Of a stretch of 64,000 bases of DNA, positions 13,301 to 27,210 are shown piece by piece. Source of the stretch: Neoechinorhynchus agilis. Lineage: Eukaryota > Animalia > Acanthocephala. The stretch is from contig CM121343.1 of the NCBI GenBank assembly GCA_051530055.1, forward strand, positions 6,294,389 through 6,358,388, given 5' to 3'. The notes under the pieces were generated by a model. That model did not search any database. It saw only the letters and a list, made by a program, of their open reading frames with translations, and was not told the origin of the DNA. Position 1 is the stretch's first letter. Every line of letters starts with the position of its first letter. Made by a program: the position numbers and the translations under genes.

Positions 13301-15750
13301 GGATCCGTCATATACGCCGGATCCGTCATCCACACCAGATCCGTCATCCACACAGGATCCGTCATATACGCCGGATCCGTCATCTACACCAGATCCGTCA
13401 TCTACTCCGGATCCATCATATACGCCGGATGCGTCATCCACACCTAATCCGCCACCCACACCAGATCCGCCATCAACTCCGGTTCCGTCATTACGCGGAT
13501 CCGTCATCTACACCAGATTCGTCATCCACTCCGGATCCGTCATCCACTCCCGGATCCGTCATATACGCCGGATCCGTCATCCACACCGGATCCGTCATAT
13601 CCGTCATCACACCGGATCCCACTCCGGATCCGTCATATACGCCGGATCCGTCATCCACACCTAATCCGTCATCCACACGATCCGCATCACTCCGTGTCTA
13701 CGCCGATCCGTCATCCACACTAATCCGCCACCCACACCAGATCCGTCATCCACTCCGGATCCGTCATATACGCCGGATCCGTCATCTACACCAGATCCGT
13801 CATACACGCCGGATCCGTCATCCACACCTAATCCGCCACCCACACCAGATCCGCCATCCACTCCGGATCCGTCATATACGCGGACCGTCATACCGATCGT
13901 CTCCGGATCTCATACGCCGGATCCGTCATCCACACCTAATCCGCCACCCACACCAGATCCGTCATCCACTCCGGATCCGTCATCCACACCTGATCCGTCA
14001 CCCACACCAGATCCGCCATCAACTCCGGATCCGTCATATACGCCGGATCCGTCATCTACACCAGATCCGTCATCCACTCCGGTCCTCAATACGCCGGATC
14101 CGTCATCCACACCTAATCCGCCACCCACACCAGATCCGCCATCAACTCCGGTTCCGTCATATACGCCGGATCCGTCATCCACACCTAATCCGCCACCCAC
14201 ACCACATCCGCCATCAACTCCGGATCCGTCATATACGCCGGATCCGTCATCCACACAGGATCCGCCATCCACTCCGGATCCGTCATGTACGCCGGATCCG
14301 TCATCCACACCGGATCCGTCATCCACCCCGGATCCGTCATATACGCCGGATCCGTCATCCACATCAGATCCGTCATCCACACAGGATCCGTCATATACGC
14401 CGGATCCGTCATCTACAGCAGATCCGTCATCTACTCCGGATCCATCATATACGCCGGATGCGTCATCCACACCTAATCCGCCACCCACACCAGATCCGCC
14501 ATCAACTCCGGTTCCGTCATATACGCCGAATCCGTCATCTACACCAGATTCGTCATCCACTCCGGATCCGTCATCCACTCCGGATCCGTCATATACGCCG
14601 GATCCGTCATCTACACCAGATCCGTCATCCACTCCGGATAGGTCATATACGCCGGATCCGTCATCCACACCTAATCCGCCACCCACACCAGATCCGCCAT
14701 CAACTCCGGTTCCGTCATATACGCCGGATCCGTCATCCACACCTAATCCGCCACCCACACCAGATCCGCCATCAACTCCGGATCCGTCATATACGCCGGA
14801 TCCGTCATCTACACCAGATCCGTCATGCACTCCGGATAGGTCATATATGACCGATCCGTCATCCACACCTAATCCGCCACCCACACTAGATCCACCATCC
14901 ACTCCGGATCCGTCATATACGCTGGATCCGTCATCTACACCAGATCCGTCATCCACTCGGATCCGTCATTACGTCGGATCCGTCATCCACACCTAATCCG
15001 CCACCCACCAGATCCACCATCCACTCCGGATCCGTCATATACGCTGGATCCGTCATCTACCCAGATCCGTCATCCACTCCGGATCGTCATATACGGGATC
15101 GTCATCCACCGGATCCGCCACCCACACGATCCGCATCCACTCCGGATCGTCATTACGCGGATCCGTTTCCGTGTTCCACCCGGATCCGTCATATACGTCG
15201 GATCCGTCATCCACACCTAATCGGCCACCCACACCAGATCCACCATCCACTCCGGATCCATCATATACGCTGGATCCGTCATCTACACCAGATCCGTCAT
15301 GCACTCCGGATAGGTCATATATGCCCGATTCGTCATCCACACCTAATCCGCCACCCACACTAGATCCACCATCCACTCCGGATCCGTCATATACGCTGGA
15401 TCCGTCATCTACACCAGATCCGTCATCCACTCCGGATCCGTCATATACGTCGGATCCGTCATCCACACCTAATCCGCCACCCACACTAGATCCACCATCC
15501 ACTCCGGATCCGTCATATACGCTGGATCCGTCATCTACACCAGATCCGTCATCCACTCCGGATCCGTCATATACGAGGGATACGTCATCCACACAGGATC
15601 CGTACCACTCCGGGGCCGTCATATACGCCGGATCCGTCATCCACGCCGGATCTGTCATCCACACACGATCCGTCATATACGCCGGATCCGTCATCCACAC
15701 CGGATCCGTCATCCACTCCGGATCCGTCATCCACACCTAATCCGCCACCC
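7368..15750 (+). repeat. 18-bp tandem repeat array (ccg gat ccg tca tcc/tat acN; cct aat ccg cca ccc aca), roughly 460 units, with higher-order structure
   Basis: Read directly. Most units contain GGATCC or a 1-2 nt variant. A diagnostic block recurs at a 1076-bp period (9868 vs 10944). Confidence 0.97.
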
Positions 15751-16251
15751 TCATCGTGTGGTTCAACATCAACCTCTTCAACACAGCTAACGTCAATAAC
15801 TGCGCGAAATAGGCGACGCAAGGAAAAGAAAAAAGAGAAAATGAGAAAGCGCCTAACTAATTTGATGGAAGGATCAAAATTTGAGGATATTGCTATCGTT
15901 ACTGGTCCTATTTATGATTGTCTGGTGAAAATTGATAATATTGCTAAGAGTAGCCGCTTACTTTGCGAACTATTGAGCGTCTTCTGGTGCAACGATGAAG
16001 CTGTGGGTCTTTTGGAAGAAAGTATGGCGAGTCTTCGAATTTTAGCTCTTTCCGTAGCTGAAAACGGTTGGATGATGGACACTGATGAACAAAACGAAGA
16101 CGAACTTGCACGAATTAGCGAAGATTCCATAATACAAATGGCTAGAAGGAAAATGCTTCTTGATTTTTATAGCCATTTAAGGTTTATTGATCCTACTCGA
16201 AGATTTCCTCGTTTGATTAATCAAACAAGCAACGTTGTTATTTTAAAATAA
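15751..16251 (+). pseudogene. ELP1: Duplicated 3' fragment of ELP1 (promoterless)
   Basis: Matches 4576-5076 and is fused directly to the end of array 1. Confidence 0.85.
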
Positions 16252-16548
16252 GAAAAAATGTTTCCGGTCACCGAGTTTACTGATTTTTGCCATTTGAGTA
16301 GCCTGTTTTGTACCGGTTTTTGGGGATTTGCTGTTTAATGTTTTAAGTAAGCGCGGTCGTATATCAGCCGTTGATCGTTTTGCAGCATCGTGTATGTTAT
16401 ATAGATCGTTGCGTTTTTTCAACCCTTTGGATGCAGGATCTTCCACTCAAATTCATAACGATTTTGTTCAATAATCGTTAAAAAATAAGAAAATGGTGTT
16501 TTACGCTAAGTTTGTTTTTAAGACTCATGATTTGAGAATTCTCAAAAT

Positions 16549-18554
16549 TCAAGAAGGATTATGTAAACACGTTTTATTAATGTAAGAAAAGCACGATCCA
16601 CACACTTGCCCGCATCTATTTTTGCTGAAGGTGTCTGGATGACGGATGTTGAAAGCAAGGGAGGTGGGACTTGTCTTTGAAGGAGTTTTAATGTGCGATC
16701 GAAGGCTTTGTACAGGAGATGACCGATTGGGAGCCTTTCCTTGTTCTCCGGTTATTAAGGAAAGATTGGGCTTGGGGGAAGAAAGATTTTTGGTAGAGGA
16801 TGGTACGAGCGAGGGGGGATGAAAAAGGTTGCGGTTACGGGTGTTTACGAAGGAAGAGTATTTAGAGATGAAGGAAGAAAATCGTGGAGTGGGTAGAAGA
16901 CGGAGGGCGTTTTTGGAGAAAATGGAGTGGAGGTGGACGTCGAGGGGAGGGAGTGAAGTTCCGCATATTCTCGCTGCTCTCTTGTGGAAGGTCTCGAAGG
17001 AATGGAGAGCATTGGGGGAGAGGGCGAGGAAAGCGGGGAAAGCGTATGTAAGGATAGGAAGGATGGCAGAGAGATAAAAGTGAGCAAGGTATTTAGGGAA
17101 TACGCCGTGACGCCGGAGGAGTTTGCGAAGGTAAAGACGAGGGTTTGCTTTAGAGAATGTAAATGAAATGTGGGCATTCCATTTAAGGTTTTCTTGTAAA
17201 ATCACGCCCAGAATTCGGAGAGAAGAGGAGCGTTGGATGGGTAGAGGGAGAAGCGCGGGGAGAAGATTGCGTTTGGAAATGTGGGGGGCAAGCTCAAAAG
17301 ATTTGGATAAATTTAGGGAGAGGTTTAGGGTGGAGAGCGAGGAAATGAGATGGTTGAGCTCGTCCATGGTTGTGGAGAGGGAGGGAGATGCGATGGTAAT
17401 GACTGTGAGGTCATCTGCATAAAGAAAATATTTGGTAGTGGGAGTGAGGGGATGAAGGTCATTTAGAAAAATGTCAAAGAGGAGAGGGGAAAGTACGGCG
17501 CCTTGGGGGACCCCTTTTAAATATGGGCAGAGAGGAAGAACATGAAGCTCCACATTGGATATATTGTTCGCGGTTGGAGGAAAGAGGAAATCCAAGCGAG
17601 TTGCCAGGTTTGGAGGCCAAAGGAAGCACATGATTGGAGGAGAAGGGAGTGATCGACCGACTCGAACGCCCTGGAAATATCCAGTTGCACGAGACGGACG
17701 GTTGATGCTGGACTGGAATCTAAGCTGCGCACAAGCGTATCGTAGATGCAGAGGAGGGCATCAGAACAAGAGTAATTGGGACGGAAAGCGAATTGGGAAG
17801 GGGAGATGTTTTTGAGGAAGAAGGGAAGTAGGCGGGTTTTAAAACATTTTTCTAAGATTTTAGAGAAAGGTGAGAGGATAGAGATGGGACGAAAGGATGT
17901 GGGGAAATCCGTTTATTGTTTTTGGTTAGGGGGACGACCCGCGCTTCTTTAAGACACGATGAGAAAGAGCCCAATAGAAAGCTAAGGTTCGTTATGCGCG
18001 TTAGAGGATCGATAAGTTCCGGGATGATGAAACGAATGACCCAATTTGGTATAGTCGAATTAGGGGAAGAATGGCGGGACAGGCGTTTAAGGATCTCTAA
18101 GATTTCGAGAGGGGAAACTATGGAAGGGCACGTATGAATGGGCGGGTCAGAAAGTGAGAACGGAGGTTGGGACAATAGATGGGAGGTTTGGGGAGGACAG
18201 AGGTTTTTATTCATGGTGTTAAGGATTGAGAGGAGATGGGATTTAAGGAGAGACGCGAAGGAGGTGGAGCTACCAAGACCAGTGACATTTTTTATTTCAC
18301 GCCACCAGTTTAGATTGGGAACGGACGAGAGACGAGATGATAGGAATAATTTGCGGGCTATACGGATGCGTTTTGTCAGTTTGGAGTAGAGGGAAGGGTA
18401 AGCAGGATTACCTGGCCGCAAAGCCTTGGTGACCTGGATTTGAAGGGTTTTTAGAAAAGGCGAGAACCATGGAGGATCGCGGTTCGATATTCGTATTGTT
18501 TTGCAAGGAAAGGAGGTCTTCATCGCAGATTCTATTAGATTTAACAAAGAGCCC
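16549..18554 (-). mobile_element. 5'-truncated, frameshifted LINE (CR1/L2 group), copy 2
   Basis: Near-identical to 5374-7367, with the same RT motifs and frameshifts. Confidence 0.9.
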
Positions 18555-21500
18555 AACTCCGGATCCGTCATCCACACCAGATCCGCCATCCACTCCGGAT
18601 CCGTCATATACGCCGGATCCGTCAGCCACACCGGATCCCCCATCCACTCCGGATCCGTCATATACTCCGGATCCGTCATCCACACCTAATCCGCCACCCA
18701 CACCAGATCCGTCATCCACACCGGATCCCCATCCACTCCAGATCCGTCATATACGCCGGATCCGTCATCCACACCTAATCCGCCACCTACACCAGATCCG
18801 CCATCCACTCCGGATCCGTCATATACGTCGGATCCGTCACCCACACCGGATCCGTCATCCACACAGGATCCGTCATCCACTCCGGATCCGTCATATACGC
18901 CGGATCCGTCATATACGAGGGATACGTCATCCACACAGGATCCGTCATCCACAACGGATCCGTCATATACGCCGGATCCGTCATCCACTTCGGATCTGTC
19001 ATCCACACAGGATCCGCCATCCACTCCGGATCCGTCATATACGCCGGATCCGTCATCCGCACCAGATCCGTCATCCACACCTAATCAGCCACCCACACCA
19101 GATCCGTCATCCACACCGGATCCGTCATATACGCCGGATCCGTCATCTACACCAGATCCGTCATCCACACCTAATCCGCCACCCACACCAGATCCGTCAT
19201 CCACACCGGATCCCCCATCCACTCCGGATCCGTCATATACGCCGGATCCGTCATCCACACCTAATCCGCCACCTACACCGGATCCGTCATCCACTCCGGA
19301 TCCGTCATATACGCCGGATCCGTCATCTACACCAGATCCGTCATCCACTCCGGATCCGTCATATACGCCGGATCCTTCATCCACACCGGATCCGTCATCC
19401 ACTCCGCATCCGTCATCCACACCTAATCCGCCACCCACACCAGATCCGCCATCAACTCCGGATCCGTCATATACGCCGGATCCGTCTTCTACACCAGATT
19501 CGTCATCCACTCCGGTTCCGTCATATACGCCGGATCCGTCATCCACACCTAATCCGCCACCCACGCCAGATCCGTCATCCACTCCGGATCCGTTATATAC
19601 GCCGGATCCGTCATCAACACCTAATCCGCCATCCACTCCGGATCCGTCGTATACGCCGGATCCGCCATCCACACCGGATCAGTCATATACGCCGAATCCG
19701 TCATCCACACCGGATCCGTTATCCACTCCGGGTCCGTCATATACGCCGGATCCATCATCCACACCGGATCCGCCATCCACTCCGGATCCGTCATTCACAC
19801 CGGATCCGCCTTCCACTCCGGATCCGTCATATACGCCGGATCCTTCATCCACACCGGATCCGTCATACACCCGGATCCGTCATCCACTCCGATCCGTCAT
19901 TACGCCGGATCCGTCATCCACACCAGATCCGTCATCCACTCCGGATCCGTCATATACGCCGGATCTCATCCACACCGGATCCGTCATCCACACGGATCCG
20001 TCATCCACACCGGATCCGCCATCCACTCCGGATCCGTCATATACGCCGGATCCGTCATCCACACCGGATCCGTCATCCACTCCGGATCCGTCATATACGC
20101 CGGATCCGTCATCCACACCAGATCCGTCATCCACACCGGATCCGTCATCCACACCGGATCCGTCATCCACACCAGATCCGCATCACTCCGGATCCTCAAT
20201 ACCCGGATCGTCATCCACAACACCACCCGATCCCATCACCGGTCCCATATACGCCGGATCCGTCATCCACACCATCCGCACCACACCATCCGCATCACCC
20301 GGATCCGTCATATACGCCGGATCCGTCATCCACACAGGATCCGTCATCCACACCGGATCCGCCATCCACTCCGGATCCGTCATTACGCCGGATCCGTCAT
20401 CCACACCGGATCCGTCATCCACCCGGATCCGTCATATACGCCGGATCCGTCATCCACACAGATCCGTCATCCACACAGGATCCGTCATATACGCCGGATC
20501 CGTCATCTACACCGGATCCGTCATCACTCCGGATCCTCAACCCGATCGTCATCCACACCACCGCACCACACCGATCCGCATCCACTCCGGATCCGTCATA
20601 TACGCCGGATCCGTCATCCACACCTAATCCGCCACCCACACCAATCCGCATCACTCCGGTCCGTCATATACCCGGATCCGTCATCCACACAGGATCCGTC
20701 ATCCACTCCGGATCCGTCATATACGCCGGATCCGTCATCCACACCGGATCCGTCATCCACACCGGATCCGTCATCCACATCAGATCCGTCATCCACACAG
20801 GATCCGTCATATACGCCGGATCCGTCATCTACACAGATCCGTCATCTACTCCGGATCCATCAATACGCCGGATCCGTCATCCACACCTAATCCGCCACCC
20901 ACACCAGATCCGCCATCAACTCCGGATCCGTCATATACGCCGGATCCGTCATCTACACCAGATTCGTCATCCACTCCGGATCCGTCATCCACTCCGGATC
21001 CGTCATATACGCCGGATCCGTCATCTACACCAGATCCGTCATCCACTCCGGATCCGTCATATACGCCGGATCCGTCATCCACACCTAATCCGCCACCCAC
21101 ACCAGATCCGCCATCAACTCCGGTTCCGTCATATACGCCGGATCCGTCATCCACACCTAATCCGCCACCCACACCAGATCCGCCATCAACTCCGGATCCG
21201 TCATATACGCCGGATCCGTCATCTACACCAGATCCGTCATCCACTCCGGACATACCGATCCGTCATCCACACCTAATCCGCCACCCACACTAGATCCACC
21301 ATCCACTCCGGATCCGTCATATACGCCGGATCCGTCATCTACACCAGATCCGTCATCCACTCCGGATCCGTCATATACGTCGGATCCGTCATCCACACCT
21401 AATCCGCCACCCACACCAGATCCACCATCCACCCGGATCCTCATACGCGGATCCGTCATCTACACCAGATCCGTCATGCACTCCGGATAGGTCATATATG

Positions 21501-24500
21501 CCCGATCCGTCATCCACACCTAATCCGCCACCCACACTAGATCCACCATCCACTCCGGATCCGTCATATACGCTGGATCCGTCATCTACACCAGATCCGT
21601 CATCCACTCCGGATCCGTCATATACGTCGGATCCGTCATCCACACCTAATCCGCCACCCACACTAGATCCACCATCCACTCCGGATCCGTCATATACGCC
21701 GGATCCGTCATCTACACCAGATCCGTCATCCACTCCGGATCCGTCATATACGAGGGATACGTCATCCACACAGGATCCGTACCACTCCGGCCGTCATATA
21801 CGCCGGATCCGTCATCCACGCCGGATCTGTCATCCACACACGATCCGTCATATACGCCGGATCCGTCATCCACACCGGATCCGTCATCCACTCCGGATCC
21901 GTCATCCACACCTAATCCGCCACCCACACCAGATCCGTCATCCACACCTAATCCGCCACCCACACCCGATCCGCCATCAACTCCGGATCCGTCATATACG
22001 CCGGATCCGTCATCCACGCCTAATCCGCCACCCACACCAGATCGTCATCCACTCCGGATCCGTCATATACGCCGGATCCGTCATCACACCAGATCCGTCA
22101 TCCACCCGCATCCGTCATCCACACCTAATCCGCCACACACACCAGATCCGCCATCCACTCCGGATCCGTCATATACGCCGGATCCGTCATCTACACCAGA
22201 TCCGCCATCACACCGGATCCGTCATCCACACCGGATCCGCCATCCACTCCGGATCCGTCATTCACACCGGATCCGCCTTCCACTCCGATCCGTCATATAC
22301 GCCGATCCGTCATCTACACCAGACCGCCATCCACCGGATCAGTCATATACGCCGAATAGCCCATCCACACCGATCCGTTATCCACTCCGGATCCGTCATA
22401 TACGCCGAATCCATCATCCACACCGGATCTGTCATCTACACACGATCCGTCATCCACTCCGGATCCGTCATATACGCCGGATCCGTCATCCACACCTTAT
22501 CCGTCATATACGCCGGATCCGTCATCCACATCAGATCCGTCATCCACACAGGATCCGTCATATACGCCGGATCCGTCATCTACACCCGATCCGTCATCCA
22601 CACCTAATCCGCCACCCACACCAGATCCGTCATCCACACCGGATCCCCCATCCACTCCGGATCCGTCATCCACACCTAATCCGCCACCAACACCAGATCC
22701 GTCATCAACACCGGATCCTTCATCCACTCCGGATCCGTCATATACGCCGGATCCGTCATCCACACCTAATCCGCCTCCTACACCAGATCCGCCATCCACC
22801 CGGATCCGTCATATACGCCGGATCCGTCATCTACACCAGATCCGTCATCCACACAGGATCCGTCATATACGCCGGATCCGTCATCTACACCCGATCCGTC
22901 ATCCACTCCGGATCCGTCATATACGCCGGATCCGTCATCTAAACGGGATCGGCCATCCACTCTGGATCCGCCATCAACTCTGGATCGGCCATCCACTCCT
23001 TATCAGTCAACGCCGTATCCGTCATCCACACCAGATCCGTCATCCACTCCGGATCCGTCGTCCACTCCGGATCCGTCATCCACACCTAATCCGCCACCCA
23101 CACCAGATCCGTCATCCACACCGGATCCCCCATCCACTCCGGATCCGTCATATACGCCGGATCCGCCATCCACACCTAATCCGTCATCCACACCTAATCC
23201 GCCACCCACACCAGATCCGTCATCCACTCCGGATCGGTCATATACGCCGGATCCGTCATCTACACCAGATCCGCCTTCCACTCCGGATCCGTCATATACG
23301 CCCGATCCGTCATCTACACCAAATCCGTCATCCACTCCGGATAGGTCATATACGCCGGATCCGTCATCCACACCAGATCCGTCATATACGCCAGATCCGT
23401 CATCAACACCGGATCCGTCATCCACTCCGGATCCGTCATATACGCCGAATCCGTCATCCACTCCGCATCCGTCATCCACACCAGATCCGCCATCAACTCC
23501 GGATCCGTCATATACGCCGGATCCGTCGTCTACACCATATTCGTCATCCACTTCGGTTCCGTCATATACGCCGGATCCGTCATCTACACCTAATCCGCCA
23601 CCCACACCAGATCCGCCATCCACTCCGGATCCGTCGTATACGCCGGATCCGCCATCCACACCGGATCAGTCATATACGCCGAATCCGTCATCCACACCGG
23701 ATCCGTTATCCACTCCGGGCCCGTCATATACGCCGGATCCATCATCCACACCGGATCCGCCATCCACTCAGGATCCGTCATTCACACGGGATCCGCCTTC
23801 TACTCCGGATCCGTCATGTACGCCGGATCCGCCATCCACTCCGGATCCGTTATCCATTCCGGATCCGTCATTCACACCGGATCCTTCATCCACACCGGAT
23901 CCGTCATTCACACCGGATCCGCCTTCTACTCCGGATCCGTCATATACGCCGGATCCGCCATCCACTCCGGATCCGTCATATACGCGGGATCCTTCATCCA
24001 CACCGGATCCGTCATCCACTCCGGATCCGTCATATACGCCGGATCCGTCATCTACACCAGATCCGTCATCCACTCCGGATCCGTCATATACGCCGGATCC
24101 TTCATCCACACCGGATCCGTCATCCACTCCGCATCCGTCATCCACACCTAATCCGCCACCCACACCAGATCCGCCATCAACTCCGGATCCGTCATATACG
24201 CCGGATCCGTCTTCTACACCAGATTCGTCATCCACTCCGGTTCCGTCATATACGCCGGATCCGTCATCCACTCCGGATCCGTCATCCACTCCGGATCCGT
24301 CATATACGCCGGATCCGTCATCCACACCTGATCCGTCATATACGCCGGATCCGTCATCCACACCAGATCCGTCATCCACACAGGATCCGTCATATACGCC
24401 GGATCCGTCATCTACACCCGATCCGTCATCCACACCTAATCCGCCACCCACACCAGATCCGTCATCCACACCGGATCCGCCATCCACTCCGGATCCGCCA

Positions 24501-27210
24501 TCCACTCTGGATCCGCCATCAACTCTGGATCGGCCATCCACTCCTTATCAGTCAACGCCGTATCCGTCATCCACACCAGATCCGTCATCCACTCCGGATC
24601 CGTCATCCACTCCGGATCCGTCATCCACACCTAATCCGCCACCCACACCAGATCCGTCATCCACTCCGGATCCCCCATCCACTCCGGATCCGTCATATAC
24701 GCCGGATCCGCCATCCACACCTAATCCGTCATCCACACCTAATCCGCCACCCACACCAGATCCGTCATCCACTCCGGATCCGTCATATACGCCGGATCCG
24801 TCATCTACACCAAATCCGTCATCCACTCCGGATCGGTCATATACGCCGGATCCGTCATCCACACCAGATCCGTCATATACGCCAGATCCGTCATCAACAC
24901 CGGATCCGTCATCCACTCCGGATCCGTCATATACGCCGGATCCGCCATCCACACCGGATCAGTCATATACGCCGAATCCGTCATCCACACCGGATCCGTC
25001 ATCCACTCCGGATCCGTCATATACGCCGGATCCGTCATCCACACCGGATCCGCCATCCACTCCGGATCCGTCATTCACACCGGATCCGCCATCCACTCCG
25101 GATCCGTCATCCACACCGGATCCGTCATCCACTCCGGATCCGTCATATACGCCGGATCCGTCATCCACACCGGATCCGTCACCCACACCGGATCCGTCAT
25201 CCACACAGGATCCGTCATCCACTCCGGATCCGTCATATACGCCGGATCCGTCATATACGAGGGATCCGTCATCCACACAGGATCCGTCATCCACACAGGA
25301 TCCGTCATCCACTCCGGATCCGCCATCAATTCCGGATCCGTTATATACGCCGGATTCGTCATCCACAACGGATCCGTCATATACGCCGGATCCGTCATCC
25401 ACTTCGGATCTGTCATCCACACAGGATCCGCCATCCACTCCGGATCCGTCATATACGCCGGATCCGTCATCCACTCCGGATCCGTCATATACGTCGGATC
25501 CGTCATCCACACCGGATCCGTCAACCACTCCGGATCCGTCATATACGCCTGATCCGTCATCCACACCGAATCTGTCATCCACACACGATCCGTCATCCAC
25601 TCCTGATATGTCTACGCCAGATCCGTCATCCACACTAGGTCCGTCATCCACACCGGATCCGTCATCCACTCCGGGTCCGTCATATACGCCGGATCCATCA
25701 TCCACACCGTATCTGTCATCCACACACGATCCGTCATCCACTCCGTATCCGCCATCCACTCCGGATCCGTCATGTACGCCGGATCCGTCATCCACACCGG
25801 ATCCGTCATCCACCCCGGATCCGTCATAAACCCCGGATCCGTCATATACGCCGGATCCGTCATATACGCCGGATCCGTCATCCACACCAGATCCGTCATC
25901 CACACAGGATCCGTCATATACGCCGGATCCGTCATCTACTCCGGATCCATCATATACGCCGGATCCGTCATCCACACCTAATCCGCCACCCACACCAGAT
26001 CCGCCATCAACTCCGGATCCGTCATATACGCCGGATCCGTCATCTACACCAGATCCGTCATCCACTCCGGATCCGTCATCCACTCCGGATCCGTCATATA
26101 CGCCCGATCCGTCATCCACTCCGGATCCGTCATCCACACTGATCCGCCATTCACCGGATCCGTCATATGCCGGATCCGCCATCCACTCCGGATCCGTCAT
26201 ATACGCCGGATCCGTCATCCACACCGGATCCGTCATCCACACCGGATCCGTCATCCACACCGGATCCGTCATCCACACCGGATCCGCCATCCACTCCGGA
26301 TCCGTCATACGCCGGATCCGCCATCCACACCGGATCCGTCATCCACTCCGGATCCGTCATATACGCCGGATCCGTCATCCACACCGGATCCGTCATCCAC
26401 ACCGGATCCGTCATCCACTCCGGATCCGTCATATACGCCGGATCCGTCATCCACACCGGATCCGTCATCCACTCCGGATCCGTCATATACGCCGGATCCG
26501 TCATCCACACCAGATCCGTCATCCACTCCGGATCCGTCATATACGCCGGATCCGTCATCCACTCCGGATCCGTCATATACTCCGGATCCGTCATCCACAC
26601 CTAATCCGCCACCCACACCAGATCCGTCATCCACACCGGATCCCCATCCACTCCAGATCCGTCATATACGCCGGATCCGTCATCCCCACCTAATCCGCTA
26701 CCTACACCAGATCCGTCATTCACACCGGATCCGCCTTCCACTCCGGATCCGTCATCCACTCCGGATCCGTCATATACGCCGGATCCGTCATCCACACCGG
26801 ATCCCCCATCCACTCCGGATGCGTCATATACTCCGGATCCGTCATCCACACCTAATCCGCCACCCACACCAGATCCGTCATCCACACCGGATCCCCATCC
26901 ACTCCAGATCCGTCATATACGCCGGATCCGTCATCCCCACCTAATCCGCTACCTACACCAGATCCGCCATCCACTCCGGATCCGTCATATACGCCGGATC
27001 CGTCATCTACACCAGATCCATCATCCACACAGGATCCGTCATCCACTCCGGATCCGTCATATAAGCCGGATCCGTCATCTACACAGGATCCGTCATCCAC
27101 TCCGGATACGTCATGCACTCCGGATCCGTCATGTACGCTGGATCCTTCATCCACTCCGGATCCGCCACCCACACCAGATCCGTCATCCACTCCGGATCCG
27201 TCATCAACTC
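18555..27210 (+). repeat. 18-bp tandem repeat array, copy 2, roughly 480 units
   Basis: Same units as array 1. Colinear with it at the start, then rearranged. The PDPSST frame ends ...SSTLK-TGA (27216-27218), and AATAAA follows at 27260-27265. Confidence 0.97.

Larger units (their letters stand above)
4576..27210. repeat. ~11.2-kb tandem segmental duplication (unit 1: 4576-15750; unit 2: 15751-27210)
   Basis: 15751 onward matches 4576 onward at offset 11175, becoming 11187 after a 12-nt indel in the LINE. Identical ORF sets recur. Confidence 0.9.

Noticed and set aside
7282-26885. Long IRHIRR (His/Arg-rich), GSVIYA, WMTDPE and VDDGSG ORFs as real proteins
   Set aside because: They are alternative frames of the same repeat. 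They carry recurrent stops, or their variation is non-synonymous, and they switch at single-base indels.
7368-27210. CRISPR array
   Set aside because: Contiguous 18-bp units with no unique spacers, no cas genes, and a eukaryotic context.
7368-27210. Telomeric or subtelomeric repeat
   Set aside because: No TTAGGG-like unit, and the array is flanked on both sides by ordinary genic sequence.
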